Origin: an uncultured Anaerolineales bacterium
Lineage (GTDB): Bacteria > Chloroflexota > Anaerolineae > UBA7937 > B3-Chlor
Reading direction: 5' to 3'
Length of the DNA stretch: 64,000 nt
Assembly (NCBI GenBank): GCA_964577995.1
Contig: CAZOBP010000001.1
Coordinates: 2,229 to 66,228, forward strand
Positions 47,268-56,057 of this stretch are shown one piece after another. Under the pieces are notes generated by a model. That model made no database searches. It saw only the letters and a program-made list of their open reading frames with translations, and was not told where the DNA came from. How positions within the stretch are numbered: the first letter of the stretch is position 1; each line of letters starts with the position of its first letter. The translations under genes were made by a program, and so were the position numbers.

Positions 47268-47323
47268 GTGCAAACAAAAGACCTGATGCCCACGCCCCCA
47301 GAGTCTCTTTCCATGAGGGCATC
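47268..47323 (-). terminator. Terminator-like hairpin plus U-tract immediately after a promoter (possible attenuator or tiny RNA)
   Basis: On the minus strand, GATGCCC (47323-47317) pairs with GGGCATC (47291-47285). The hairpin is followed by AGGTCTTTTGTTTGC. Confidence 0.35.
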
Positions 47324-47334
47324 CCTTACCAAAC

Positions 47335-47363
47335 AGTATACCACAGTCTGAACACTGTCGCAA
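47335..47363 (-). promoter_or_regulatory. Promoter TTGCGA-17-TATACT (TGg extended -10)
   Basis: On the minus strand, TTGCGA is at 47363-47358 and TATACT at 47340-47335. Confidence 0.45.
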
Positions 47364-47413
47364 TATCTGCAACCTTAAACCTGGCGCGTTGCGGTCCAGG
47401 CACACTGACCCAA

Positions 47414-47986
47414 CTAGAAAGCGGGCTTGCAGAGGATCTCATTGACCCGCAGGTCGAAGAAGTCGTCGGCATTGGCGCCCCTTAAGATGACCGCCGTGTC
47501 TGCGCCACGGCCGGTGCCTCCGATGGCCAGAACGGGCTCACCAGTGCGGATCAACCCCGCGTCGGCCGACATGAGTGTGATCTCACATGCCACCTTCATC
47601 CCCTCGCCGAAGATGCGCAGAGTATAGGCTATGATCTCATCCACCTGGTACGTGTTGAGTTTGCGTCGAATGGCGCGATTCACCCCAGCGAAGGCATGTT
47701 GGCACGTTAGGAGGCGGGCACCACCAGCAAGTATCGCCTCCTTGTTCTCGTCGGTCAACTCCTGAACGTTGGGCTCGCTGCTGCCCGTCGAATGGGTGAC
47801 CACCACCAGATGATAGCCCTGAAAGACTTCAGTTGCTCTCTTGCCGGTCTCACCGCCTGTAGTGGCGATCACTACCTGGCGCAGTCCCAACTGTTCGGCC
47901 CGTTCTCTGGCAATCTGGAGCGTGCGCTCCATGTTGTGCTTGCCAGGTCTCTCGAAATACGTGATCCCACCGGTGCTTTCAGACAC
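47414..47986 (-). CDS. Stand-alone pyruvate kinase C-terminal (alpha/beta) domain-like protein
   Basis: YFERPGKHNMERTLQIARERAEQLGLRQVVIATTGGETG...VVVTHSTG matches my memory of the PK_C-like family. Confidence 0.6.
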   Translation of the reverse strand: MSESTGGITYFERPGKHNMERTLQIARERAEQLGLRQVVIATTGGETGKRATEVFQGYHLVVVTHSTGSSEPNVQELTDENKEAILAGGARLLTCQHAFAGVNRAIRRKLNTYQVDEIIAYTLRIFGEGMKVACEITLMSADAGLIRTGEPVLAIGGTGRGADTAVILRGANADDFFDLRVNEILCKPAF

Positions 47987-48034
47987 GATACCCTCCTCTT
48001 GTCGCTCGCATAGCCATCGCGATCATCCCACTGC

Positions 48035-48081
48035 GGAAAAAGGAAACACGCGACCGCCGTCTTGGTTCTCGTGGTCGCGTG
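48035..48081 (-). terminator. Rho-independent terminator after the PEP-CTERM protein gene
   Basis: 9-bp stem CACGCGACC (48047-48055) / GGTCGCGTG (48073-48081). On the minus strand it is followed by TTTCCTTTTTCC. Confidence 0.6.
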
Positions 48082-48191
48082 CTGGATCCACCACAACGGG
48101 TCACCGACCCGTGCCTGGCGGGAGCCACTTCTCTCGATTGTCGCTGATCTCTCCGTCTGTCAGGCTCTCGGGGGTGAGCCTCTTCAGACCG

Positions 48192-48776
48192 CTACGCTCT
48201 GTACTTGGCCCAACGCATCCCTGCGTAGCTGGCTAGACCGGCCAGACCACTTCCCAGGAGCAGAAGGGTGCCTGCCTCGGGCACGAACTCCTCCTCCACG
48301 TCCACGGTCCGCCGAGGCCGGTACTCCAGCGCGGGGTCCTCTACGACGAGCACAGCGGTGTTCACGATCCGATACCCTCCGGGCACCGTGTCTCGGACAG
48401 TACAGGTGATCCTGATGGTCACCTTTGTCCCCGCAGTGACGTTGCCCACGTCCACAGTGACCAACTGTCCGGACCAACTGGCGGTTCCCTGAGATGTCCA
48501 GACAGAGTCTATCCGCAAGTAGGGGTCCAGATCGTCTGTGACGACCACGTTGTACCACGTGTCCGGACCAGCGGTGAACGTGATCTCGAAGACCAGCTCT
48601 TCACCTCCTACGACGGTGGTCTTGTCACTAGTCTTGACCGGGGGTACGCTTTGCTGTTGAGCGTGCTTCTGAGCGGGCGTGGCCCAGGCAGTGGAAGTCA
48701 GGGAGAGCAGCCCCACGAGAACCAGTGCCGTGGACACGAGAACCACGAATCCCCATCGTTTCTTCCGTTCCCTCAC
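48192..48776 (-). CDS. Secreted DUF11-repeat protein with C-terminal PEP-CTERM sorting signal
   Basis: Signal peptide and a DUF11-like domain (YNVVVTDDLDP...VDVGNVTAGTKVTIRITCTV...IVNTAVL). C-terminus VPEAGTLLLLGSGLAGLASYAGMRWAKYRA. Confidence 0.75.
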   Translation of the reverse strand: MRERKKRWGFVVLVSTALVLVGLLSLTSTAWATPAQKHAQQQSVPPVKTSDKTTVVGGEELVFEITFTAGPDTWYNVVVTDDLDPYLRIDSVWTSQGTASWSGQLVTVDVGNVTAGTKVTIRITCTVRDTVPGGYRIVNTAVLVVEDPALEYRPRRTVDVEEEFVPEAGTLLLLGSGLAGLASYAGMRWAKYRA

Positions 48777-48851
48777 CTCTTACTCCTCCCTCTTCAAGTG
48801 ATTCACCTCTGATACTCCCCTCGATGGGTACAGGCAACATCCTTATCTCCT

Positions 48852-48880
48852 ATCTTAGCACAGATTCGCACAGGAGTCAA
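48852..48880 (-). promoter_or_regulatory. Promoter TTGACT-17-TAAGAT (TGc extended -10) for the PEP-CTERM protein gene
   Basis: On the minus strand, TTGACT is at 48880-48875 and TAAGAT at 48857-48852. GGGAGGAG lies ahead of the GTG at 48776. Confidence 0.45.
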
Positions 48881-49284
48881 GCGGGTTCCGTGGACCGATC
48901 CAGACACGGCAACGGACTTGCCTCAGAGGCAGGCCACGTTCTGACCACCTCCAAGGCGGCCCCTCGCACCTGCTTCAGCAACGACCTTGGCAGGTGCCCG
49001 GCCTCCGTGTCCACCGCTGCTGGGCCTTCCCAGACGCTCCAACCCCCCGCCCTGCAAGGGCATGGTCTGCCGGAGAGACAAGCACCGTGGTCTGGCAGCG
49101 TGCCCTGGCACTACGCGCGAGAGTGGCCTTGACACGGCAGCCGCAGAGGCGGACAATTCAGCAACCGGTAGCGACGGGCCGCGAAGGACGTTGTCACCCC
49201 CCAGGGCTGGGCACCAGCGCGCAACGGACGAGCAACTCACAAGAGCGATTGCCATGAGAGAGCAGACCTTCTCTTCGTGAGGAA

Positions 49285-49809
49285 GTGATGGGCCGTACAA
49301 TCCTGCTCACTGGACGCCCGGGCGTAGGCAAGACGACGATCATCAGAGAGATCGCACAAAGGCTGGGGGCTGCGGCCGGAGGCTTCTACACGGCTGAGAT
49401 ACGAGAGAGCGGTCGCCGTCAGGGCTTCAAGCTCGTCACCCTGGACGGCAAGGAAGGCATCCTCTCCCACGTCGACATCACGGACACCCCTCGCGTGAGT
49501 GGATACGGTGTGAACCTGAGAGATCTCGAAGAGATAGGGGTTACAGCCCTGCGCAGGGCGGTCGCGGAGGCTCAGTGCGTCGTAGTAGACGAGATAGGCA
49601 AGATGGAACTCCTATCGGACGAATTCCGCATGGCCATTGTGGAAGCCATCGAGAGCGACAGCACTGTCGTCGGCACGGTGATGACTAGTCGGAACCAGTG
49701 GGTGGATCGGATCAAGAACCTCCCTCAAGTCACCGTCCTCGAAGTCACGCGGGACAACCGGGAGCAGATGGTTCCACTTGTGATGGAACTCCTTCAAAGC
49801 CCCTCCTAG
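49285..49809 (+). CDS. THEP1-type nucleoside triphosphatase (COG1618-like)
   Basis: ILLTGRPGVGKTT, GFYTAEIRE.GRRQGFKLVTLDG, VVVDEIGKMEL. Confidence 0.75.
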   Translation: MMGRTILLTGRPGVGKTTIIREIAQRLGAAAGGFYTAEIRESGRRQGFKLVTLDGKEGILSHVDITDTPRVSGYGVNLRDLEEIGVTALRRAVAEAQCVVVDEIGKMELLSDEFRMAIVEAIESDSTVVGTVMTSRNQWVDRIKNLPQVTVLEVTRDNREQMVPLVMELLQSPS

Positions 49810-49956
49810 CCGACTCCGGGGCGTACCGCTCCCGTCTCCCGCGCGCCGCCAAGCATCTTCAACACGGAGCAGCAAGAATGTCCTGAGCCCTCAAGCTTTC
49901 CGCATCACCCCATACTACGACTGTTCGGCCGAGTCGGGCTCCGGGGACAAACGCCC

Positions 49957-50943
49957 CTATCCGCCTGCTCCCCGGTTGGTGGATCGCTGCATGATCTCAA
50001 GAAGCAAGTCGACGTCGATGTTCCCGCCCGAGAGCACAGCCACCACTTTTCTGTTCTTCAAATCCACCTTGCCGAACAGCAAAGCCGCCACTCCCACCGC
50101 GCCCGAGCCCTCTACGACCAACTGCTCAGTCTCCAGTAGAGCGAAAACAGCCTCCCTCGTCTCCTCTTCGTTGACTAGGACTACCTCGTCAATCAAGTCC
50201 TTGGCGATCTGGAAGGGCACAATGCCGAAGCCGCCGGCCAAGCCCTCACAGATAGTGGGGTCGTGTTCGTACCTCTCGTAGCAGTGTCCTTCCTTGAGGG
50301 ACAAATACGCCGATGGAGAGGCCTCGACTTGCACGCCAATGATCTCTATCTCGGGGTTCATGGCCTTGGCCGCAACGCAGATCCCAGCGACCAGCCCTCC
50401 TCCGCCGATTGGCACGAGGATGGTGTCCGCATCGGGCAGTTCTTCCATGATCTCCAGACCGACGGTGCCCTGACCGGCGATAATCTCGAGATCTTCGTAC
50501 GAGTGCGCGTAGGCTAGCCCATGGTCACGCTGGTACTCCCTGGAAGCATCATAGGTATCATCATACTGGTCTCCAGAGAGGAAGACCTCGACATCGAATT
50601 CCCGCAACTTGTCCACCTTTGAGGCAGGCGTACCAGTGGGCATGAACAGACTGATAGCCACGTCTCCCAACGCATGTGCGGCATATGCTATCCCCAAGGC
50701 GAAATTGCCGGAAGAAGCCGCCACCACCCGGCCCCTCTGCTCGGCCGAGAGGCTAGCAATCTTATTGACGGCCCCCCGCACCTTGAAGGCACCTGTTCGC
50801 TGCAGGTTCTCTAGCTTCAGCCAGAGTTCACTTCCCACCCGCTCGCTCAACAGGAACGAGTAGTGAAGCGGTGTCCTCCGCACCAGTTGGCCGATATTCC
50901 GCCGGGCAATCAAGATATCCTCAAAGCTTATCATAATCCTCAT
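49957..50943 (-). CDS. PLP-dependent threonine/serine dehydratase family enzyme
   Basis: LKLENLQRTGAFKVRGAVNK (PLP Lys), SSGNFA, GGGGL. No C-terminal ACT domain. The start is uncertain (50943 or 50934; the ORF extends to 51036). Confidence 0.75.
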   Translation of the reverse strand: MRIMISFEDILIARRNIGQLVRRTPLHYSFLLSERVGSELWLKLENLQRTGAFKVRGAVNKIASLSAEQRGRVVAASSGNFALGIAYAAHALGDVAISLFMPTGTPASKVDKLREFDVEVFLSGDQYDDTYDASREYQRDHGLAYAHSYEDLEIIAGQGTVGLEIMEELPDADTILVPIGGGGLVAGICVAAKAMNPEIEIIGVQVEASPSAYLSLKEGHCYERYEHDPTICEGLAGGFGIVPFQIAKDLIDEVVLVNEEETREAVFALLETEQLVVEGSGAVGVAALLFGKVDLKNRKVVAVLSGGNIDVDLLLEIMQRSTNRGAGG

Positions 50944-51124
50944 CCATGGTATCGTTTGCCTTACGAAGACCAGTCGAGCGACAGACCGGCGCCAGTTGGC
51001 AGGAATACTGCTCCTAGTTCGGACCCTCCCATCCATGGCCAGCGGCTTCCCATTGAATCGAGTGGCACAAGTAGAATGGGGGCGCGAGCCTCGACCGATC
51101 CGGGCCGGTCTGATGCTTAATCCT

Positions 51125-52018
51125 TCAGTCCTTATCTCGCTGGATCTCGAGGGTCAGGCAGTGTGGACCCTGGCCGTAGTCCACGAACTCCGTCAGATCT
51201 GGATCGTACACCTCTAGACCCAGGGACCTCAGGATGTCGTTGATGTACGTGTTGGTCTTGAACGAAACCACTCGATCATTGCCTAGGCACAGCACGTTCA
51301 GGGCAACCTCGCCTTCAGACTTATCCGCTGGGATGTCAACCAACTCGTATTCGCGACCCTCAAGAAAGCCAACGAACCACTCAGGGACCTCGCTCTTCAT
51401 GATGATGGCGAGCTTCTTGGCCACAGGGGCGAACACGCAGTCCAGGTGCGTCCACTTTTGGGGGATCACGATCCCGTGCACCTTGATCCCCATCCCCTCG
51501 AAGAGTTCCTGGGCATTCTCGATCCCCGGCCACGTGCTGCGTTCACCGATCCCGGTAGCAAGATTCATCTCGTCGATGTACCTGTTGTCGCCCCCTTCCC
51601 AGCAGCCACGCCCAATGCGACCCAAGATCTCGTAGCCCAGTTCTCTGAGCCGCTTCTCCCCAGCGATCTGCTCCCCTCGACGCTCGGAATACTTGAAGCG
51701 ACCGATCACCACGCCCTCGGGCGAGTTGACGGCGAAATCCCGGGAGTTCACTGCGTAGTGGCGCGTGGGATCCGGCTCTTCAGTGTAGTAGACTTCGACA
51801 CCTGCGCTACGCAGGGCATCGGCCAGCTCGTCATGCTGGACGTGCGCTTTGTTCTTGTCTATCTTGGCTCCCCGTTCAATCGCCGTCCGCGCAAAGTCGT
51901 CAACCGGTATCAGTTCGTAGTACGTTGGTGGGCACAGCAAGACCTTCTTCAGTACACCGGTACTATTGAACACAGCCACAGCATTGCTCCTTGCCTGTAA
52001 TATCGGGACGGTATCCAT
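51125..52018 (-). CDS. Guanidino-group-modifying enzyme superfamily (DDAH/amidinotransferase-like)
   Basis: GGDNRYID, HLDCVFAPV, and a C-terminal nucleophile context GQGPHCLT. Confidence 0.6.
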   Translation of the reverse strand: MDTVPILQARSNAVAVFNSTGVLKKVLLCPPTYYELIPVDDFARTAIERGAKIDKNKAHVQHDELADALRSAGVEVYYTEEPDPTRHYAVNSRDFAVNSPEGVVIGRFKYSERRGEQIAGEKRLRELGYEILGRIGRGCWEGGDNRYIDEMNLATGIGERSTWPGIENAQELFEGMGIKVHGIVIPQKWTHLDCVFAPVAKKLAIIMKSEVPEWFVGFLEGREYELVDIPADKSEGEVALNVLCLGNDRVVSFKTNTYINDILRSLGLEVYDPDLTEFVDYGQGPHCLTLEIQRDKD

Positions 52019-52208
52019 GCACGACTATTGCTGCGGTTCAGCCCAGAGTACCACCACACGGAGAGGTCCACCGATCGGAACCTCGGTGGATCGCACTGCG
52101 AGATTGCTCCTGAGGTGAACACAAGGCACACAGAGCACAGGGTCGATGCGGCACGGCAACTCAGCAGCCTAGCTTGCTTTGCCGCCTATCCAGGAACGAA
52201 GCCTGAGT

Positions 52209-53003
52209 CTACTCAAGGATCTGACTCAGGAATAGCTTCGTTCTCTCCTCCTTCGGGCTGGCGAAGAGCTCTTCGGGAGTCCCCTCTTCAATGACACCGC
52301 CCCCTTCGAGGAAGACCATGCGGTCGGCTGCCGCCTTGGCGAACCCCATCTCGTGGGAGACAACCACCATCGTCATGCCTTCCTTCGCCAGGTCCAGCAT
52401 CACGTCCAGGACCTCTTTGATCATCTCTGGGTCGAGGGCCGACGTGGGCTCGTCGAAGAGCATAATCTTGGGGTTCATAGCCAGGGCCCGGGCGATGGCC
52501 ACCCGCTGCTTCTGTCCTCCCGAAAGCTGCCCGGGATAAGCATCTGCCTTCTCCGGTATCCCCACCCTCTCCAGGAGCTGCCGCGCGACCTGCTCCGCCT
52601 CCTCCTTCGACCGCCTGCGAACCTTCTCCTGGGCAATGGTCACATTACCCAAGACGGTCAGGTGGGGGAAGAGATTGAACAACTGGAAGACCATCCCCAC
52701 CTCGGCCCGGACCAGATCTATGTTGGTCTTGGCATCGCTGACGGGGATGCCATCGACGATGATGGTACCACTATCGGGCCTCTCTAAGTGATTGATGCAA
52801 CGGAGCAGTGTGCTTTTTCCTCCCCCGCTGGGACCGAAGATGAGGCACACCTCGCCTTTCTTCACCCTCAGGCTAGCATCGATCAGAGCCTGAGTCTTTC
52901 CGAAACTCTTGCAGACCTGCTCCATGATGATGATGTCGTCATCCGCGGTCAGCGACTCCACCGCTCGCGCTGAACCTTGATCGTGAACATTGCTACTCTT
53001 CAA
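52209..53003 (-). CDS. Polar amino acid ABC transporter ATP-binding protein
   Basis: [35 protein letters not shown]. Confidence 0.85.
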   Translation of the reverse strand: MKSSNVHDQGSARAVESLTADDDIIIMEQVCKSFGKTQALIDASLRVKKGEVCLIFGPSGGGKSTLLRCINHLERPDSGTIIVDGIPVSDAKTNIDLVRAEVGMVFQLFNLFPHLTVLGNVTIAQEKVRRRSKEEAEQVARQLLERVGIPEKADAYPGQLSGGQKQRVAIARALAMNPKIMLFDEPTSALDPEMIKEVLDVMLDLAKEGMTMVVVSHEMGFAKAAADRMVFLEGGGVIEEGTPEELFASPKEERTKLFLSQILE

Positions 53004-53865
53004 AGGCCATCCTCCTCTCCATGAACTTCACCAATACCGACAAGCTGAGCGTCAAAATGAGATAGAGGAAGGCGACCGTATTCCACGTCTCAAAGGTGCG
53101 GAAGGTCCGAGCCCGATTCAGTTTACCCAGATGGGTCAGCTCCCGAACCGCCAGCACCGATATCAAAGACGAGTCCTTCAGCATGGATATGAAGTCATTC
53201 CCCAGGGGGGGCAAGACCCTCCTGATGGCCTGAGGAAGGATGATGTAGCGCATGCCCTGAAAATAGCTCATGCCCAGGGAACGGGCAGCCTCCATTTGCC
53301 CTCTCTCGATAGACTGGATCCCTGCGCGGAATACCTCCGCCTCGAAAGCGGCGTAGGCGAAGGCCAGCCCGATGATGGCCCTGATCAGCATGTCCACATC
53401 CTGGATGTTGAGGCTGGCCAGGCGCTCCGCGAATCCCATCAGAGGACCGATGGCGTCGCTTCGCAACATAACAGCGCCCAAGGCGTTCAACGCCTGGAGA
53501 GCCACAGGCGTTAGCACGTACGCGAAGTAGATGAGCAAGACCAGGATCGGAATGCCCCTCACCACCTCGACGTACAGGGAAGAGATGGTGTAGAAAACCA
53601 CGTTCTTGGAGACCCGCCCCAGGCCTAGAACAAGCCCCAGGATCAGGGCCACAACAAAGGAGACGAAACTCACCAGGATGGTCAGTCGGACGCCCGAGAT
53701 GAGGAACAAGAAGGCATCCTGATAAGTTGGGGATATAAGAATGAAATAAACGGTGAGCGCTCCCAGCAGCACGAGGATCAAAGCCCACCAGGGCATCTTC
53801 TGCAGCCTCGCCGTCCAGGGGATCAACTTGGACTCGGACTTCTCGACCTCAGTGGCAACCGCCAT
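52993..53865 (-). CDS. Polar amino acid ABC transporter permease (HisM/GlnP family)
   Basis: EAA-type loop [21 protein letters not shown]. Five to six TM helices. Confidence 0.8.
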   Translation of the reverse strand: MAVATEVEKSESKLIPWTARLQKMPWWALILVLLGALTVYFILISPTYQDAFLFLISGVRLTILVSFVSFVVALILGLVLGLGRVSKNVVFYTISSLYVEVVRGIPILVLLIYFAYVLTPVALQALNALGAVMLRSDAIGPLMGFAERLASLNIQDVDMLIRAIIGLAFAYAAFEAEVFRAGIQSIERGQMEAARSLGMSYFQGMRYIILPQAIRRVLPPLGNDFISMLKDSSLISVLAVRELTHLGKLNRARTFRTFETWNTVAFLYLILTLSLSVLVKFMERRMAFEE

Positions 53866-53986
53866 TGAGCAATCCTCCTCTTTAAGCTACCACGGTGTCA
53901 AGAGACCGGAGGACGATAGCTGCGGGGCGCCGCTGGCGCCCCGCAGCCGCCTGTCTCGCAAATACGTCTCCCGCTCGCTATTTGCG

Positions 53987-54847
53987 CTACTCCTCCTGCG
54001 GGGAGCAGGGCCGAAGGAGCCAGGTCTCGCAGATCTCATCCATGCTGCCGTCGGCGAACATCTGCTGCAAAGCCCAGTTGAAGGGCTCGACAAGATCGCT
54101 CAGGGGCGGGAAGACGAACGCCAGGTACTCGCCACTGGTCACAGAGAAGGCGATCCTGTATTGGTCAGGGTTCGCTCCCATGAAGCCAATGGCTGCGACC
54201 TCATCAATGATGACAGCATCTACCTCGCCGGCCACCAAGGCCACCATCGGTATGTCAAAGGTCTCGTAGCTAACTATCCTCTCCTCGCCGACGAGTTTAA
54301 TGGCCGTGATCTCATTCGTGGTCCCTATCTGGGTACCGAGAACCAGATCCGAACCTACAAAGCTCTCCTCGTCATCGAGCTCTGCGCGGTCATCGTCTAC
54401 TCGAGCAACGATCACCTGGCCGTACTCGACGTAGGGATCGGAGTAGTCAATCTTCAAAGAGCGGGACAGGTATATGGTGATGCCGTCAAAGGCTACGTCG
54501 TTCTCGCCCGCCGACATGGCCTCAAACAGCCCCTCCCACGCGGTTTCTACGAATACCGGCGTGCAGTTGATTCTCTCGCAGATGGCGCGGCCCACATCGA
54601 AGTCCCAGCCTGCCGCCTCTCCAGCATCATCAATGAAGTTGAATGGCGGATAGGCGTTCTCCACAGCGATGCGGACCTCTCGACCACCCAGATCCGTCGT
54701 CGGCCCAGTCGGCGGGCACTCTGGGCACTCTGGGCACGGCTCCGCTCCCTCTGGGCACGGCGGGCACGGTGTCGCTGCCGGGGCGCAGCCACCGACCAGT
54801 AAGCCCAGAGCCATGATGAGCACCATCACTACAGTAAGCTTCTTCAT
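53987..54847 (-). CDS. Amino acid ABC transporter substrate-binding lipoprotein with an unusual Cys-Pro-rich tether
   Basis: Lipobox LVGGC, then PCPPCPEGAEPCPECPECP, then an SBP_bac_3-like core (IAVENAYPPFNF...). Confidence 0.8.
   Translation of the reverse strand: MKKLTVVMVLIMALGLLVGGCAPAATPCPPCPEGAEPCPECPECPPTGPTTDLGGREVRIAVENAYPPFNFIDDAGEAAGWDFDVGRAICERINCTPVFVETAWEGLFEAMSAGENDVAFDGITIYLSRSLKIDYSDPYVEYGQVIVARVDDDRAELDDEESFVGSDLVLGTQIGTTNEITAIKLVGEERIVSYETFDIPMVALVAGEVDAVIIDEVAAIGFMGANPDQYRIAFSVTSGEYLAFVFPPLSDLVEPFNWALQQMFADGSMDEICETWLLRPCSPQEE
54710..54766 (-). repeat. Short tandem coding repeat giving the CPPCP..CPECPECP tether
   Basis: The plus strand carries GGGCACTCT twice in tandem, followed by related GGGCACGG units. 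These encode (P)ECP repeats. Confidence 0.6.
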
Positions 54848-54909
54848 CTCTTTCCTCCTTCTTTTCTATGTCCCTTCCCTCACGCGTAGGGACCCAACAC
54901 CCAAACGGC

Positions 54910-54938
54910 ATTATAGCATGATCCGGAGAACCCGTCAA
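54910..54938 (-). promoter_or_regulatory. Promoter TTGACG-17-TATAAT of the amino-acid ABC operon
   Basis: On the minus strand, TTGACG is at 54938-54933 and TATAAT at 54915-54910. AAGGAGGAAAGAG lies ahead of the ATG at 54847. Confidence 0.55.
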
Positions 54939-55334
54939 GAATGTCCCTGCACCAACGCTGACGCTCCCCAGGGGCAGTAGGACTACTCCCGGACACTACC
55001 TATCTGGAAGGACGAGAGGAGAGGTTCAATGGGACCGAGTCGTCGTAGGAGGCACTGCGGATGCGCGGCGCCGTCTTGCCCCCATGCTGCTCTCTTCAGC
55101 AGAGTGACCTCGACGCACGAACCTCGAGCTTGCGGTGGCAGGCGGCACACGCTTCCACCGGATCTCCCACTCCACACTGGCGGCCTACGCTGCGCCGTTC
55201 GCGGGCGGCAACAGTGGTACCACCGTCTCCATGATGAGACCAACCTCTACTGCGGTGCCGCTCGTGGGCCCATCTGGTAACCCTCCCCGTCCGGGAGGTC
55301 GTGTCAGCGGTTGCCGCACCGCCATTCTGCATCT

Positions 55335-56021
55335 TCACATGACCCCATAACGCTCCCACGCTTCCACAGCGGACATGCCCCCCTTGATAGCCTTTCCGAC
55401 GGACTTCTCGCCCCGCACCTTCTCCAGAGCTGCGCGAATCACTTCCACCTCATGCTCCGCTGGCACAACAACCACCCCATCCACATCGCCGAAGATGAGA
55501 TCTCCAGTCTTGACCTGGACCCCATTGCCGAAGGTGATGGTACGCCGAAACTCGATGACTCGCCCGCGGACGGACTGATCCTGCGCGTAAGGGCCGTGCG
55601 AAAACGTCGGGAAGTTCAAACGCAGAATGCCCATCGTATCTCGACAGTAGCCATCCAATACTGCCCCAGACGCTCCCAACTTCATCGCGCGAGTACTCAT
55701 GAGTTCGCCCCACAACGCATAGTTAGGAGACGGGCCGGTGCAGACGTACACCTCTCCTTGCTTCAGGTCATCCAAAGCCGCAAGCATCGCGCCGGACGGA
55801 GCGTCGCGGCCTTGACCGGCATTGCTTTGCCCCGTACAATCCACCTCGAGTACTGGCATGGCCCGGCCAACCACTACCATATCACTTCTCAGAGGCCTGA
55901 TCTCCGGCGGCAAGAATTGATGGTGAAGTCCCGAGAGGTCCATGACATCACCGACGACCGCGCTATACAGCTCTCTTCGGACGAGGCGGAAGAGTTGCTC
56001 GTCATCCTTCCACGCAGCCAT
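55335..56021 (-). CDS. RraA-family protein (RNase E inhibitor / HMG-oxaloacetate aldolase-like)
   Basis: VVGRAMPV, GEVYVCTG, ALWGELMSTRA, GAVLDGYCRD, GDLIFGDVDGVVVVP. Confidence 0.8.
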   Translation of the reverse strand: MAAWKDDEQLFRLVRRELYSAVVGDVMDLSGLHHQFLPPEIRPLRSDMVVVGRAMPVLEVDCTGQSNAGQGRDAPSGAMLAALDDLKQGEVYVCTGPSPNYALWGELMSTRAMKLGASGAVLDGYCRDTMGILRLNFPTFSHGPYAQDQSVRGRVIEFRRTITFGNGVQVKTGDLIFGDVDGVVVVPAEHEVEVIRAALEKVRGEKSVGKAIKGGMSAVEAWERYGVM

Positions 56022-56057
56022 CCTTACCTCACCCGCCCAGCTCTCCGAATACCAGAG

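Noticed and set aside
48860-48935. The minus-strand strings GAGGCAAGUCCG and GGUCCACGGAACCCGCUUGA resemble the two strands of the RNase P RNA P4 helix.
   Set aside because: The two motifs are only ~30 nt apart instead of ~290 nt. No other RNase P conserved regions are present. The second motif is explained by the -35 element (TTGACT) of the PEP-CTERM gene promoter.
55205-55230. ACGGTGGTACCACTG on the minus strand resembles the T-box core GGGUGGUACCGCG, upstream of an amino-acid ABC operon.
   Set aside because: It lies ~370 nt from the start codon, with a strong independent promoter in between. No specifier loop, AG bulge or terminator/antiterminator pair could be found.
54960-55334. Possible cobalamin riboswitch, from GGGAGAUCCGGUGGAAGC... 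and GCCGCCAGUG strings.
   Set aside because: The B12 box, the GCCACUG element and the required helix pairings are not present. The similarity is limited to a few nucleotides.
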